A model generated the notes under the pieces. It worked only from the letters and a program-made list of their open reading frames with translations, was not told the DNA's origin and searched no databases. A program made the translations under genes and the position numbers. This document shows, piece by piece, positions 50,250 through 63,841 of a DNA stretch of 64,000 nucleotides; the first letter of the stretch is position 1, and each line of letters opens with the position of its first letter. This stretch comes from Balanoglossus misakiensis (taxonomy: Eukaryota; Animalia; Hemichordata): contig CM082576.2 in assembly GCA_040954595.2 (NCBI GenBank), positions 7,071,129 to 7,135,128 of the forward strand. Direction: 5' to 3'.

Positions 50250-53200
50250 GTTGATTCCCCCCACCATGAGGACTGAATCCCGCATAAATCTTTATAAAAA
50301 ATCTCCGGTTTGACGGTCCGCCATGTTGGAAATAACAAATTTGACTCGGCAAAGTGCATACGAAACGAAGTATCTGATTGGTTGAAAGTTTGACAAAGCA
50401 TTTCAAAACAATACCATAAAGTAATACTTTCAAACATTGGTCCAGTTCCATTACAATAGCTTTCGAAAGATAGCCTCTAAAATTGTATTTATAGAACATG
50501 GATTAGTTTTTCAGCCTCCGTTTAAAAGAGATTAGACGACAGTTCGCGTTGAGTTCATGTAAATAGTTCAACCAATCAAGTCACCCCTTAGCAATGCAAA
50601 CTGCATAATAAAGACACTGGTTGCCTCGCTTTCGTGTGCAAGTTTGCAAAGACGTACACCTTGCAATCAATCAATAGATGTTTTCATTCATATAGTCGAC
50701 TGAAGCTGAAATGTGAGTTGGTGAACATCTCTGATCAAAAGTAATGCTTACACCTGTAGTGTGTGACAAGGTCTTCCAAACAAGGGAACTCAATATTTCT
50801 TCTTTTTAACAAGTTCTTCTGTAGGAAACCCCCGGGGGGAGGAAACCTTGGAAAGGTAAGTTTTCTTTGAGGGCTTCTGTGTATGTAACTTTGTTTTACG
50901 ATAAGTTATGGTGTTTTCTCTTTACTTTGTTTTCATAGCCGTCACTCTCAGCACTAAAGCAGGGATCTATGCCTGTCGTGACTCGTGTCATGTCCCCCGT
51001 TTACATGACGCACGTTGACCGTTGAGTTGGAGACCAAAGACGTACTATAACAATGCTGTTAAAAGTAGCAAAGTACGATGGATACAACCATAGTGATGCA
51101 AATATAGACACATTGAGTATCGACCTTGCTCGTAAAGATCGTTACTCTAGGTTAAACTAAATGATACCATTTTCCTAGCTGTGGCATAAATGCATGTGCA
51201 TGTAGTGTCGGGATCTCACAAGTGCAAGAAATGTTCATTTGTTTTCTTTGCATACATGTACACATGGTGTGAACATTCTTGTCAAACAAAGTTATGTAAT
51301 GTGCCAAAGAAATTTAACTCACCCAGACTTGTAAACTGCACAACAAACATGTTGATGTAGTGGGGAGTTACTTATTGTTTGATTTAAGTGAAAAGATTTC
51401 AAACAAATGTACATATATGACATATTTTGTGTTCCAAACATTTGACAGAGGTATACAGTGAGCATAATGATGTAATAAAGTAGCTGCAATAATTAGGATT
51501 ATGTATTACATGTACTATTATTGCCTATAATGTTATGGCTCCTGTAACTGCAATTAGTGGTTTGCATATTTTCTTTACCTTATATTTAGCTTGCATTTTT
51601 TAGCCTATCAACCAAATTATGCCCGCCAATGGCCCACGGCAGATTTTTGTCATTGCCAGAAGCTGCTCTGGAACCACATGAGTCCACATAATGAAATTGT
51701 GTGACCAGGTTTTCAAGGAGATTGCTTGGTATTATGACAGTCTAAAGGAATGTGTGAACTAGAGCACTTGGCACCCCTTTTGTTCTTCTTTGGTGTTATA
51801 ATCTTACATGTTTGCACTTGTAAGAATCATAAATATTCATAGATGTACATTCTGTGGGAAAATTTGGAATGAATGATCTACTGTATAAGTAATTACGTGT
51901 AATCTTCATGCCACAAAAGTTTGTGGATTGACTATGGCGATTACAAAGCCTATAATTCAGAAACACCCAACTGAGATTGGGGGGGGGGGTGGCAACCTGG
52001 TCTAATAGCATTTTTTGAGAAATTTAACTTATGGTGTACCACCTTGGAGTCCTTGTACCGTTATCAAGTGACCTAAGTAAGGGCTGACACATTCAACTTT
52101 TCTGCATATCACCTTGAGAGAAAAGTGGGTGGGTGCATCATTAGTCGGGCAGATACATAGTAGCTCCTCAGGTTATACTCTCACTTACCATTTTTGTTGT
52201 AGACACTGGCAGTACACACAGGTCAGATGATGGCTTACTTGGCCTGAATAACTGCTTATGCCAATTTTACCCAGTTTGTGCATACCAGTAATTTGATTAG
52301 GACCTTGCATTGTGAGTTTTATATCAATTTTTATAAAAACCTGCATGCCAATTTAATGCATATATTAAACTAATTAAATTAGTTTTACTAGTACAGGGAA
52401 ACAAAATGTGTTGAGTTAACACCCATGAATCATTGCCGATATTGCTATAAATGGAATTGATTAATCCTGTCCACCCCTTCATTCAAAATGGTATGGTCTG
52501 AAAGGGTGCCAACCTATAAACTCTTGATTTGGCATATGATAAACTTGAATAAGCTGACTGCATTCGGTGAAAGACTTTCTAGTGAATAAGTGCAGTGCCA
52601 AACTGACTGCCAGTGCCTCTGATTTCTGGGGTTTTTTTGTGTGCATCAAGGTTGGAGAGCCAAAGTTATTACATAACCTGTCTGCCGTTCTATTCGAAGT
52701 GAATGAAAAGCGTGTTTTTTGTTTGTGTGTGGATACAGAAGAGAAGAGGGAAGCTTGGCTACGATTGGAAATACATGGTACGTGTTGTACTTTCTACACA
52801 GTCAGTACGTCTTTCTAGTGGTTCTTTAATTAACATTTATTTAACACACATTGCGGTGTCACTTCAATACATTTAGTACTTGCACAGAGAAAAAAAGTTT
52901 CTCATATAAAATGCAGCTAAATCTGTCTCCCGTTAGAGACAGTTGAAGTTCCCCTGTGAGAGAATTTGTTAATTTTACAGACAGTGTGAGTAGCATTGAA
53001 AAGATCAATACATTCACTCATCAGTGGGCTGTTTTGTTTTAAAGTCATTTTTGTAGGGTATTGTTCCCGTTTCCATACATACAATAGAACTTAAAAGCTA
53101 CTGAAAACTGTAGGAAGAATGTCCTTACATAATCATGGATCGGCCATTAACCCTAACAGTGCTGTGGTGCCTCTAATAGTACATGTGTTTTCGTAAGATG

Positions 53201-54672
53201 GTAGAATGGTAACAATTGTGACATGAGAACTTCCATGTCAATGAAATACTAACAGGAAGATTAACACCATCTTGAATCACTGATAAGAGGTATGTGGTAA
53301 TACACCTCTCTGTTAGTACACTGTATCAAAAATGTCATTACTCAAAAATACAGAGGGATGTGAATTTTCAGCGCCATCTGTCAGAACTCTACTGCCAATG
53401 TACATGTCACCACTTGCATATTTTGTAGACTGACATATGTCATTTGATTAAAATAACTTCAAGTTTTGCTGTTTTTAACCATCCCTGAAAAAATAGCTAC
53501 TGTAAAAAACAAGTGTGTGACCTTGATATCTCCCTATGTTGATTTGATTTCTGACTTCTTTTATATTTTGATTATTTTGTTTTAAATTCAAGAAAATTTG
53601 TAATTGTAAAATTAGTTTATGAATTAACACTTTTTTTATAAGACCACGTCAAATAGATTATCTGAGTGGATCAAATCCAAGGAATTTGAAGGGAAAATTA
53701 ACATATACATTGTAAGTGGCAGCCCACTTATTTCCAACATATCATGTCAGTACTTGCAGATTCCCCTGGTCAAAACTGACCACATATACTGCTGTATTCT
53801 AAAATTAGTAACTCAATTACGATAAAAAAATGACAGTCCTCCAAATCATCAACTTGATTCTTTAAAAATCATGGCCGAACGTTTTTCTTCAAAACCAGAA
53901 TTTTTTTTCGCTCACAGCCACTTGTTTTGGCAACATGCTGATACTACATGTACTTGCTAAAATGACAGCAGAAGTTCAATTCCCAAATGTGAGTGAAAAA
54001 GGTCTGCTGCTAGATTCTGAGATCTCCTTTAGTTTGTATTCAAGAGCAGCGATACGTGCACAACAATTGACTCTATTTAATTGGTTTAGGAAAGAATCAA
54101 TAATTTGAGTCAGTGATTACCCATGGATGGCATATGGCATACTAATTTGGACTCCAGATAAATTTTCCTGTCATTTAGTGGCACCAGACTATTAATTTGT
54201 GAGCTGTTTTGTGATTTAAGGAGACAGTCATCAAATAGGAGCGTATCAACAAAACTTGCACGTAATATCTTGGTTTAAATGTGAATTCAAATCAACACAA
54301 TTGACAGTGATTTTCTCACATCAGAGAATTTAAACCCTGGTCTCCAAACAAACTTGCTTTCAATTAATGTCCGGATTTCATCTGCGATAGATAAGCTGTT
54401 TCATAAAGCAGGCAGGTGTTCCTTTTCATCATTAGTACATACTGATTCTTTATTATTTGCAAACCAAAGATGTCTCTTAGACTTGATTGCCATCTCTCAA
54501 AAGAGACAGTTCTAAATTTATCAGTAATGTTTAAAAGAAGGGGTGGTTTCATATGCATGTATGTCTCATCTCACAAAGCATGCATAACGTAATTGTGAAA
54601 ATCAAATATGATTTTTTTTTCAGTTTTGAAGCTGTGTTCTACGCAAAGCTGACCGACCTCTGAAGAGCCACC

Positions 54673-56271
54673 ATGGGGACTGTAGTACGTCTGTCCCTCC
54701 TCTTGTTCATGGTTATTGGGTATATAGTCATCGGTGCCTTCATATTCATGGCAGTAGAGCAGCCGAACGAAACCAGGCTACGAGTGGATGTCTTTGACAT
54801 TGTCGCGGACTTCCTGCAGAACAACACATGCGTGGAAAGGGAAGAGCTGAGATCTTTGGTGTCCGAACTACTCAATATATACGATCAAGGCATCAATCCG
54901 TTGAGAAACTCCACCGATGATGAACCCAGCAACTGGGACTTTGCCAATTCTTTCTTCTTTGCCACAACTGTTGTTACCACAATAGGTACGTACATTGTGT
55001 ATACTAAGCTTTTCCCATGTCCTCTTAGTTTGATTTTGTGGTATTTGATGACCACTGTAAAACCATCTGGTGCAGTAAATCTCTGGTATACAGGTACCAA
55101 TTTTCTGGAGTTCTGTCATATGTCTTTTGATAAAAAAAAATTGAAATTGAAATTTTCTGCACAGATTAAAACAAACTCAATATGGTCACTGTGAAACGTA
55201 CTGTGGAAACTGAAAACTACATCAATAAAACCACATGACGTTTTTATGAAGGCTTCATTTATCCGTTCGGATGCCTATCCAATATACCATGTTTGAAGAG
55301 TGTTTGAATGTGATGTACTACTGACAGTAATCCCACAGTGTGCATATACATTTATTATACTTAAATTGGACCATACAACAGCTAACATCACAAAAGGCTT
55401 AGACAAGTGTGGTAGAAATGCTCTTCAGGGAACATAAAGTGTCCAATCTGTGAGATGTCTTTATATGGCATGTACTTAGCCTTGTCACAGATGCCATCAT
55501 TCAGGATTCCAGTCAAACCCATACATTGTGCAATGCGCTTTACCTACAAAGTACTTTTAAATCCCCGTTTGCATCACAGGTTATGGTAACTTATCACCCA
55601 ACACTTACGCGGGACAGCAGATCTGTATATTCTACGCCACCATTGGAATTCCGCTCACCTACATCATGTTGGCCGCCATCACGGACGCCTATAAATCCGT
55701 GTATTCCTCCTTCGCCGAGACGATGCAGAGGCCGTTGGGGCGCATCAAGAACCAGAAGCTGCGAAAGTTCCTCTTGGTGTTCATGTTCTGCTCCGCTCTG
55801 TACGTGCTGCTGGTGATCATCCCGTCGGTGTTCTTCTCCCTGGTGGAGGACTGGAGCATGCACATCGCCCACTACTACACCTTCGTCTCCCTGAGCACCA
55901 TCGGCTTCGGCGACCTGGTGGCCTCCTACGGCACCAAGCTCAACGGCGGCTGGCGCATCGTCTACAAGCTGCTGCTGGCCATCTACTTCCTGTTCGGCAT
56001 CACGCTGGTCAGTGGCATCTTCGCCTACTGCCAGGAGAAGCAGCAGAGCCACGGCAAGAGGATGGGCCACCTGGCCAAGAAGGTGCTGAAGCACGGCAAG
56101 GAGGACAAGAACCAGAACATCGAGTCCAAAGACGCCGGAGGAGACGGCGCGTTGGCGTCAGCGGACGATGAAGTGAACAAAACTCAGGACTCGCTGGTCT
56201 CCCTGGAGAACGGCAAAGAAGTGGTCGTCGTCGGTGAAACAGAGCCAGAGGAACACAGTACGTATCTTTGA
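54673..56271 (+). CDS. Two-pore-domain potassium channel (K2P/KCNK, TREK/TALK-like), copy 1
   Basis: Exons 54673-54985 and 55580-56271. M1 YIVIGAFIFMAVE, cap Cys (NNTCV), P1 WDFANSFFFATTVVTTIG|YGN, M2 IGIP, P2 HYYTFVSLSTIGFGD, M4. Confidence 0.94.
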
Positions 56272-57850
56272 GGTTAAAGACAGACGAGGCTGTGATTAAA
56301 TTCGGGATATTGAAAGAAAAATTTTTCTTACCTCTGCTAGATTTTGCCGAAAATGTCAATTTTTTGTTCGTGATGTTACATTAAGGGAGTTTGTTCCCAC
56401 AGGTGGCTGAAAAATACTAGTAACGTGAACAAACAAAGCATTGTATGCTGTAAAGCTTTCTTATACCTAAATCAGGATAACTTCACCCATATCCTATTTA
56501 ATCATTTATTTTTAACTATAACTCTGAGGAGAAAAAGAGGCAATGTTTCAACTCAGAGTTTAATACTTGCCAGTAAAATTACCGGTTATTTTTGTATTAT
56601 ATGGTGTACTTGAGGACAATACATTGTTGTGCTAATACGCCATATAGCAGTCAAATTCACACTTTTCAAAATGTGTATACAGGTCTGATAGTGTGCTATG
56701 GTGCAGAAAAAGTGGATATCCGTAGGATTTATTCCTGTTCCAATGTGTCACACTATATGCGGCCACACACTTAATGTTTTAACCTTTGCATACTTACAAT
56801 ATATTTATAATATTTATATAGATATACTTTTCTACAATGTTGTCCAGGACAGGAGTATATTTTTGATGAAATATATAACATGGCAGGTGTTAGTTGGGAT
56901 TTTGTATGCTCACTTTTAAATAACATAAAAATCATGACTTGGGCTGGAACGAATTCTGGCAGGTAGTTTTGTATGCATTACATCAGAGGCTCATCATTGA
57001 AGGGACCCTAGCTTTTTATTGACGAGTGCAGTTTTGTATTGACTACATGGACCTATTACAGGGCCAGTATTGGGAACCGATGTAATCAACAGTAGATACT
57101 CGCTCGTAAAATGTTTGGGGCTTGTAGTTTTCATAGCCTAGAGAATATTTGTTTGAAATCTTAAGCTCTTAGAAAGTGGTTTTCATCCTTTTTACAAATT
57201 AAGGGCAAATATTGTCCATTTTTATCAACTTGCCTAAGATGTTAGGTTTTGAGCTTGACAGAACCTTTTTTTAAGGTCACAGTTTATTTTTTAGACATGT
57301 TAAAACTTTGCTGTCATTTAGAGGATATTTTTTTTCTCAGATTTTGTCTGTTGTACCACTGACCTGGTAGTAGAGATTTTCCTACGGTGGTTCTGTCAGT
57401 AAAAATAAAGCTTGCCTAAAGATTTTAATTTTTGGTCCTGGCAATGAGACTGAGGGCGCTGTTCGTGACTTTGAAGTCAAGTCTCTTTTATAACCCTGTA
57501 TTGTTTTCCAGTAAATAGTGTGGATTTATGTCCCAGCAAGGTTGGTTTTTATCATACTTTGGGCTGACTACAGCTTTCTCCGATTCAGATTATTTTATCA
57601 GTCAGTAGAACTTAACATTGAAAGTGACATGGAAAATGTTATTTTTGTGAATTTGAATGATGCACACAACCACCAACTGCCAGGGTTTCTTACTTTGTCT
57701 TTTCAGTCTTGAGAATTATGGGAATCATTGTATTGTTAAATCTATATCCTGTTTTCAAATGTGTCCAATAAATGGGGCTGAGTTATCAAATACCTTTGCA
57801 AATATTTGGGTTTTATTAGCTCTTATTTGGTTTACATATATGTACATGTA

Positions 57851-58020
57851 TACTGTAAAACGGAAAATATTCGTGAACTTCGCAAAAGCCAAAGCAAAAA
57901 AAAAACGTGAAAATAAATAGTTGCGAAAGAACAATATATTTCGGAGATAAAGAGAACGCGAAAATTAATTGTCGGGAAATAGTCGCCTCTGCTGACATCG
58001 CGAAAATTTCCCCTCGCAAC
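57851..58020. mobile_element. Truncated TA-type MITE fragment
   Basis: Begins TACTGTAAAACGGAAAATATTCG and contains repeated cgcgaaaat-like motifs typical of invertebrate Tc1/pogo MITEs; no convincing right TIR. Confidence 0.4.
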
Positions 58021-61000
58021 TCAAAATCAACACGCCATCGTGTTGGAAGAAAAGCGCCCTCGTTCCACCAGCTATGGACAGCCGCATTGCTTGCAGCCCT
58101 GTGGTTTGTGGTGACGTCTGTCAACCATTTTGCGGTCACCGAACGAAGATGCCTTGCCTTGCCTTCCTATCATATACCGGTACACAGTAATTAGGTTGTA
58201 ATAGAGAAGAAAGGTTGCACTGAGACGAGAACCTGTGCGGTACGTCACGACAAGTTTGCGTAATATCAGAACCCGATCTTATGTATAACATAACAAGCTG
58301 TTTCTGCTGCTGAGTGGAGTCGGTGAGTATTACAGTAGCCTAATCGATTAGATTAGGGTTAATTAGGGTATATCATCGGCTTGGAAAATATGGAGTACAT
58401 GTGCATTGTAGCAGTTTATGTGAAGGCAATATTTTGTGTGTGATTCTTCCAGCCCGAATATCCTGATTGGTGGCAATCGAAGGCCAATGGATTAAATATC
58501 AAGGTTGGCCTTGTTGAATTTGGTCGTTTCTTATCGCCGAATCTCGTTCTCGAATACAAGGGGTGACAGTCCATCAGCCTTACGTATATCTTGATTTTAA
58601 CACCAGATCCGGGCTGATAGTGCCCAATTAACTGTCGACCTGCGCGCGGTCCAAACATTTAGGTATATTTGTACATGTACTGCAATGTCGGACAATACAT
58701 ACATGTTAGCCTAAGAAAAGAAGGCCGACGTGGGTTTGGCGTAACAAAACATGTCCAAGGTTTGGGATAAATTTATCTTAGCCCTTAAAGGGACTGCACA
58801 AAGACCGTCAAAAGAGGATCGAAGTCAACCGCAGAGTGTGTGAGATGAACCGATTGAGTGACAACGACCTAGACCTGCAGTCCCTGTGCAGTGAACGTCT
58901 GGTTGGGCATGATCAAGCATCCGAAACGGGTGAAAGAAAATCCCGTGACACGTTCCGTCAGTGAGTCAAGTTTTTCAAGGGTTATTTAAATAAACCTCCG
59001 AGAGGTTCAGGGCCTTCCAGTGTCTGCCGTGATAGCCTCCTAAAATTTTATGCTCTGGTTTAATTTTAACAATTTTCAATGACACTACCCACACATTGTC
59101 TACAGTAAATGTGCACCGTGCAAAAAAGCCGGAGTTGGGGCGCGTATACGATAAAAATAGTTTAATCATACAGAAACCTCTATTAAACTGAATAAAATGA
59201 GCGCATCTTTATCCATATCTAGTCTCTTCATCGCAGAACATGCACGACCAGGCTATAAATAGCCGTCTTCAATGGGCAATTCACAATCTCCTGGATGCAC
59301 AGCCGTGTTGGAACGAGCTATGTGACATTCAAATTTCCGTTCAACGTAAAAGAAGCGTGATTTTGATGGCCTTTACTTTTTCAGCACTAATGACCCCGGC
59401 CAGAAGTAAAAATTATGCATTATATTGATGTCCTTAAATCTCCAAACAGTGGGCGGACAGGCAAGAAATTATCTCATCCTCAACAAGGTTCATAATACAT
59501 ATCTCGCATATTTATTGTATCATTCAATGTGCCTTTCTCAAATTAGCCAACAGCCAGTGCCATATCAGGGCGCCGGCATATGTGCGCAGACATTCTAAAT
59601 TTAAACATTACTGTTTAAAATGCTATTCTAAACCTAGTTTTATTATGACACAAATACGTTTCAAAATCGGCCCTTTTTTAAAGTGCATTTCTCATATGTG
59701 CTCATATCATCTGACACCTCTAGATCTGTAAGAATACAGATTCGTTGCGCGCGCAAACCTTGCCTTTCATCCATACTTTTCCAAAATCCATAACATTACA
59801 ATAAAAGCTTTACATCCCGGGTCGCCAAGAAAGACCTGTTTTATATCAGTATTGATTTGTCGGCTAGAAGTCATGTCATATAAGCTTTATACAGGCAAGC
59901 ATGTTCACGCTCATAGTTCCGCCCTTTTCCAAATCCAACATCTAATGTTTCTGCAATACCCCTGTGCCTCCCGATATAAACATCATTTTTCTGAGCCAGT
60001 GCTTCTGTAAGCCTGTTAATACCAGAGTGAATGTAGATATTAATACAGACAGTAAGATTGACCTAGATTCCGAACGTAAATGGAGCATCGCGCGAGATTG
60101 CGCGGCATTTATGTATTTAGGCTTTTAATAATCAACAAATTTCACATTTGTTTAAAAAATAGTGAATATGAAGTATAACATTGTGTTTGTTTTTAACTGT
60201 GGCCCGATTGCTTGTGGTAGATGGTAGCGGCAATTGGCATTTTCCTTCATGTTGGGGCCTGTGGTACTGGTTAGTACTCTCAGAGTGGATTGGTAGGCTA
60301 ATTAACCCAAATTGCCGAGCATTCAAGCAAATCTTCGTGAAATCACCAAGGCAACCATGGCATCTCCAAGGCAACCAAGTTAAGAACACGGCCGCAGCCT
60401 GTTCGAAACAACGACACCAGTGACGCTGATTTCATCAAAAAACCGCGAAATTTCAAAGAAATATAGTTGATCAAGAAACGATGTCCCGAGTGCCGCACAT
60501 TTCGAGACATACTCAAGAAAACAATAATGGTGTTTCACTGCAGAAAATACAGGCCTATAGCTATTCAGACATAGAATGAAATATTGACAGGAAATCGGGA
60601 AAAGCTTGTTTCCTAATTGTATTGAAAGTATTCAGAGGGATTAAATAATAACAAAATAAATTCTTAAATGAAAACTAAGCGTTTGTGAAATAAAGGCAAT
60701 TATATCATAATCTCACTGACATTGAGCTCGAGTGATCAAAGGGTTTGAATATTTAATAAGAAAATGTAAATAAAATATGAAAAGAAAGTCACAAGGGAAC
60801 GTCATTGCTAAACGATCAGGTATTTTTCTTAAATTCCTACAGTGGCAGCTAGCTGTGCTGTAAGTACTTGTTTTCCGGCATTGTAAAAATGTCAGTCGGC
60901 TTAACCAAAAACCGACCCCGGGACAAACCTAAACCTAAACCTGCATTGAGAGCACGGCAAAGAGAAAAGGATCCACCGCATTGAATGTTTTTGTTTTTCT

Positions 61001-61493
61001 TTATGAAATGAGTAGTTATTATCTATATATCTGCGTGTCACGTTCGGACCGTTTTGTAAAGAGTGATGAACTGAAAACATACAAACAAATAAACAAACAA
61101 ACAAACAGACAATAAGCTTTGGTGTTTACTATTTTTGATTGACATTGGATACAGTTGCGCATGTCTGATTGGATATCACGAAACGTATTTTTTAATTTAG
61201 ATACATTAATTTAATTAAATTACGTAACCTATTGATTTTTATGTTTAACGCAGGTAGAATGTGACAGCAACGCTTTGACAAGAACTATGGGCTTTGGGTC
61301 ACGTTTGAATGATAAAAAGGAAGGTTTCGGAAGAAGACTTCAATTGACGACAGGCCAACTCAAGTGATTACTTCGACTTGCGCATTAGAATTCTGATGGA
61401 GCATCGGGGATGATTGACGAGGCGAGCTGCATGCGCCTCGCCCACAGTTGAAATTTTTGCGCCTGTCAAGTGAGAGACGACTCTGTAGCTGCA

Positions 61494-63034
61494 ATGTTGA
61501 TGCAGTGGGTTTCTATGCTGGCCCTGAGCTTCGCCTTCCTCGTCTACCTGTTGATCGGCGGCGCCGTCTTCATGACTTTGGAGGCCGACAATGAAGAATC
61601 AGCCCGCCTCGCTGTTCGCGAATTCAAGACAATGTGGCGGAAAGATTTCAACTGCGTAGACGAGAACGCCATGGAGGGGTTGATCGCCGCTGCCGTTACC
61701 GCCATCGATAACGGCGTGTCTCCCGTCCAAAATGCAACCAGTCCGATGAATTGGGATTATAGCAGCTCGTTCTTCTTTGCTGGGACAGTAGTCACAACTA
61801 TCGGTAAGATTAATTGATTATGCATTTTCCCGTGTTTTTGCATCATTAACAACTCCCATATTCAAAGGAATGTCTTGCTCTGCCTCACCACCTGTGTGAC
61901 TTGGATGTCAGTGGTTATTTTATTTAGAGCGTCGAACGCTGTTCTCCCAAGAGATCTCTAAGCTAATTACGAATTTTTAATATTATTAAGATTAAGTGGT
62001 TTCTCAAAGATTTATGACAATGCCCGATGGGCAAATATATTTTCAGCAGTGGTAAACAATGACAAGCAGCTCTTAATATCAAATCCATAACGAAGCACAC
62101 ATGTTTTATGATATCAATCAAGTGGATTGAGAATTTAATTTAATACAAGACCCCATTCTTGCATCTGTCATATTTTTTAATGTATAATCATAATATCTTA
62201 TGCTACATCTCAGGTTATGGAGAAAGTGTTCCGAGAACTTTCTGGGGTCGAAATGCTGTCATCATCTACGCTCTGATAGGAATACCGCTGACCGGCTGGA
62301 CGCTAAGTACAATCGGAAACCACTGGGAAGCAACATTCCGTAAAAAGTGCAAACGGATCAGTCAGACTCTGCCGCGCAAAACGCCAAGATGGGCGCGACG
62401 CTTACTCCAAGTGCTGACCGTGGGTCTCATGAGCTGGTTCGTGTTTGTGATCGTCCCAGCACTGATCTTCATGTATCTCGAAGGTTGGGATTTTTACATC
62501 GCTCACTATTACACCTTTGTGACCCTGTCCACGATTGGCTTCGGTGACTTTGTGGCCTCGCGCGATTTGAGGATCTCGGAGAGGTACCAGTGGGTTTATG
62601 ACGTCACGGTTGCAATATGGTACATCTTTGGTTTGTCGTATTTGTCAGTTGTTATCGCGGCAATCACCAAGCAACAGCACGGGAATTTGAAGAAGGTTAA
62701 ATTATTCTCCAAAAAGTTAAGAAAGAGAAGCCGCGCGGATAAAGAAAGATATCTTTTGGAGAAGAGACCTCAACGCCAACAACTTTGGCGCCATAAAATG
62801 AGCAGATCCTTGTCTATAGACTCGGGTCTTTCCGCGCTGGACGAGTGTTGCGTGGTGAGAAGATCCCGCATACGGGACTGCCATACTGTGTCGCTGAGTA
62901 TTGCTTGTGAGAGACACGGCCTTCAGCACGATGAACAGATTATGGACGCGGAAACAAGATTTATGAATGAAACTGGTTCTGCTGGTCAGCACAATGGCGA
63001 TTTGAAACCAAAGTTGGGATCGTTAGATACTTGA
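61494..63034 (+). CDS. Two-pore-domain potassium channel (K2P/KCNK), copy 2
   Basis: Exons 61494-61803 and 62214-63034. YLLIGGAVFMTLE, DFNCV, WDYSSSFFFAGTVVTTIG|YGE, ALIGIP, HYYTFVTLSTIGFGD; same intron position as copy 1. Confidence 0.94.
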
Positions 63035-63810
63035 TTATTACTGATTGGAGTTTTACAGTTGATCCTAGTTCGTATTATAATCTGAAGTACATTGTACATG
63101 TACGGACAAGAGGGCAAACCAAAATTCCTTGTCTTTTCTTGCAAGAAAAGTGGGCATGTCTAGTTGATACGAGTATAGATCATGTACAGTATCTGTTATT
63201 TTGGATAAATTGATTGTAGTGTCTGTGTCGTACTGTTCTTTCACAACTTTTTAAAATCAATGTTGCTCAGCGAAGTCATTTTTCTATCGGGATTTATACG
63301 GAAGAATAACTTTAATTGACTTCATATTCGAATAAACGTGTATAATTCCCGGTGTGTGCGTTTTCGGTTGGAACACAGGTCACGCGTCGTAAAGGGGCAA
63401 TTTTAAATCTATGTTCCTCACATTAGGGTCTTCGTGACTTTAAAATTAAGTGTTTAGGCCTATGTGTTGAAATATTTAATCCTGGCCATCTGCTTTTAGA
63501 TGATCGAAGCTGATAAAGGTGCGCCTTTAAAACGCCATTTGTGCACATTAATCCATTTTGAATCACAACTAACATATATCAGTTTTGTGAATGAACTAGT
63601 ATGTAAATAAAACATTTAAACAAAATATGTGGTGACATTTTCATTAATCAACTTGTGAATTAATGCAAAATAAACGATTTTCAAGCGACATGTATCTCAC
63701 CTTATGTATGTTTGACAATTCTGTTCCTAAGCTGTGGCTACAGGCCAATAAACGTTTGTCATTTATGACAGGTGCGATCGGCAGCAATGCAGTTGGTTTC
63801 TGTTGTGACT

Positions 63811-63841
63811 CTTCTTAGTTATCTTCTTAGTTATCTTCTTC
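63811..63841. repeat. Short 12-bp tandem repeat
   Basis: tcttcttagtta about x2.6. Confidence 0.7.

Noticed and set aside
58339-58368. TTAGGG-like motifs as an interstitial telomere
   Set aside because: Only two non-contiguous units.
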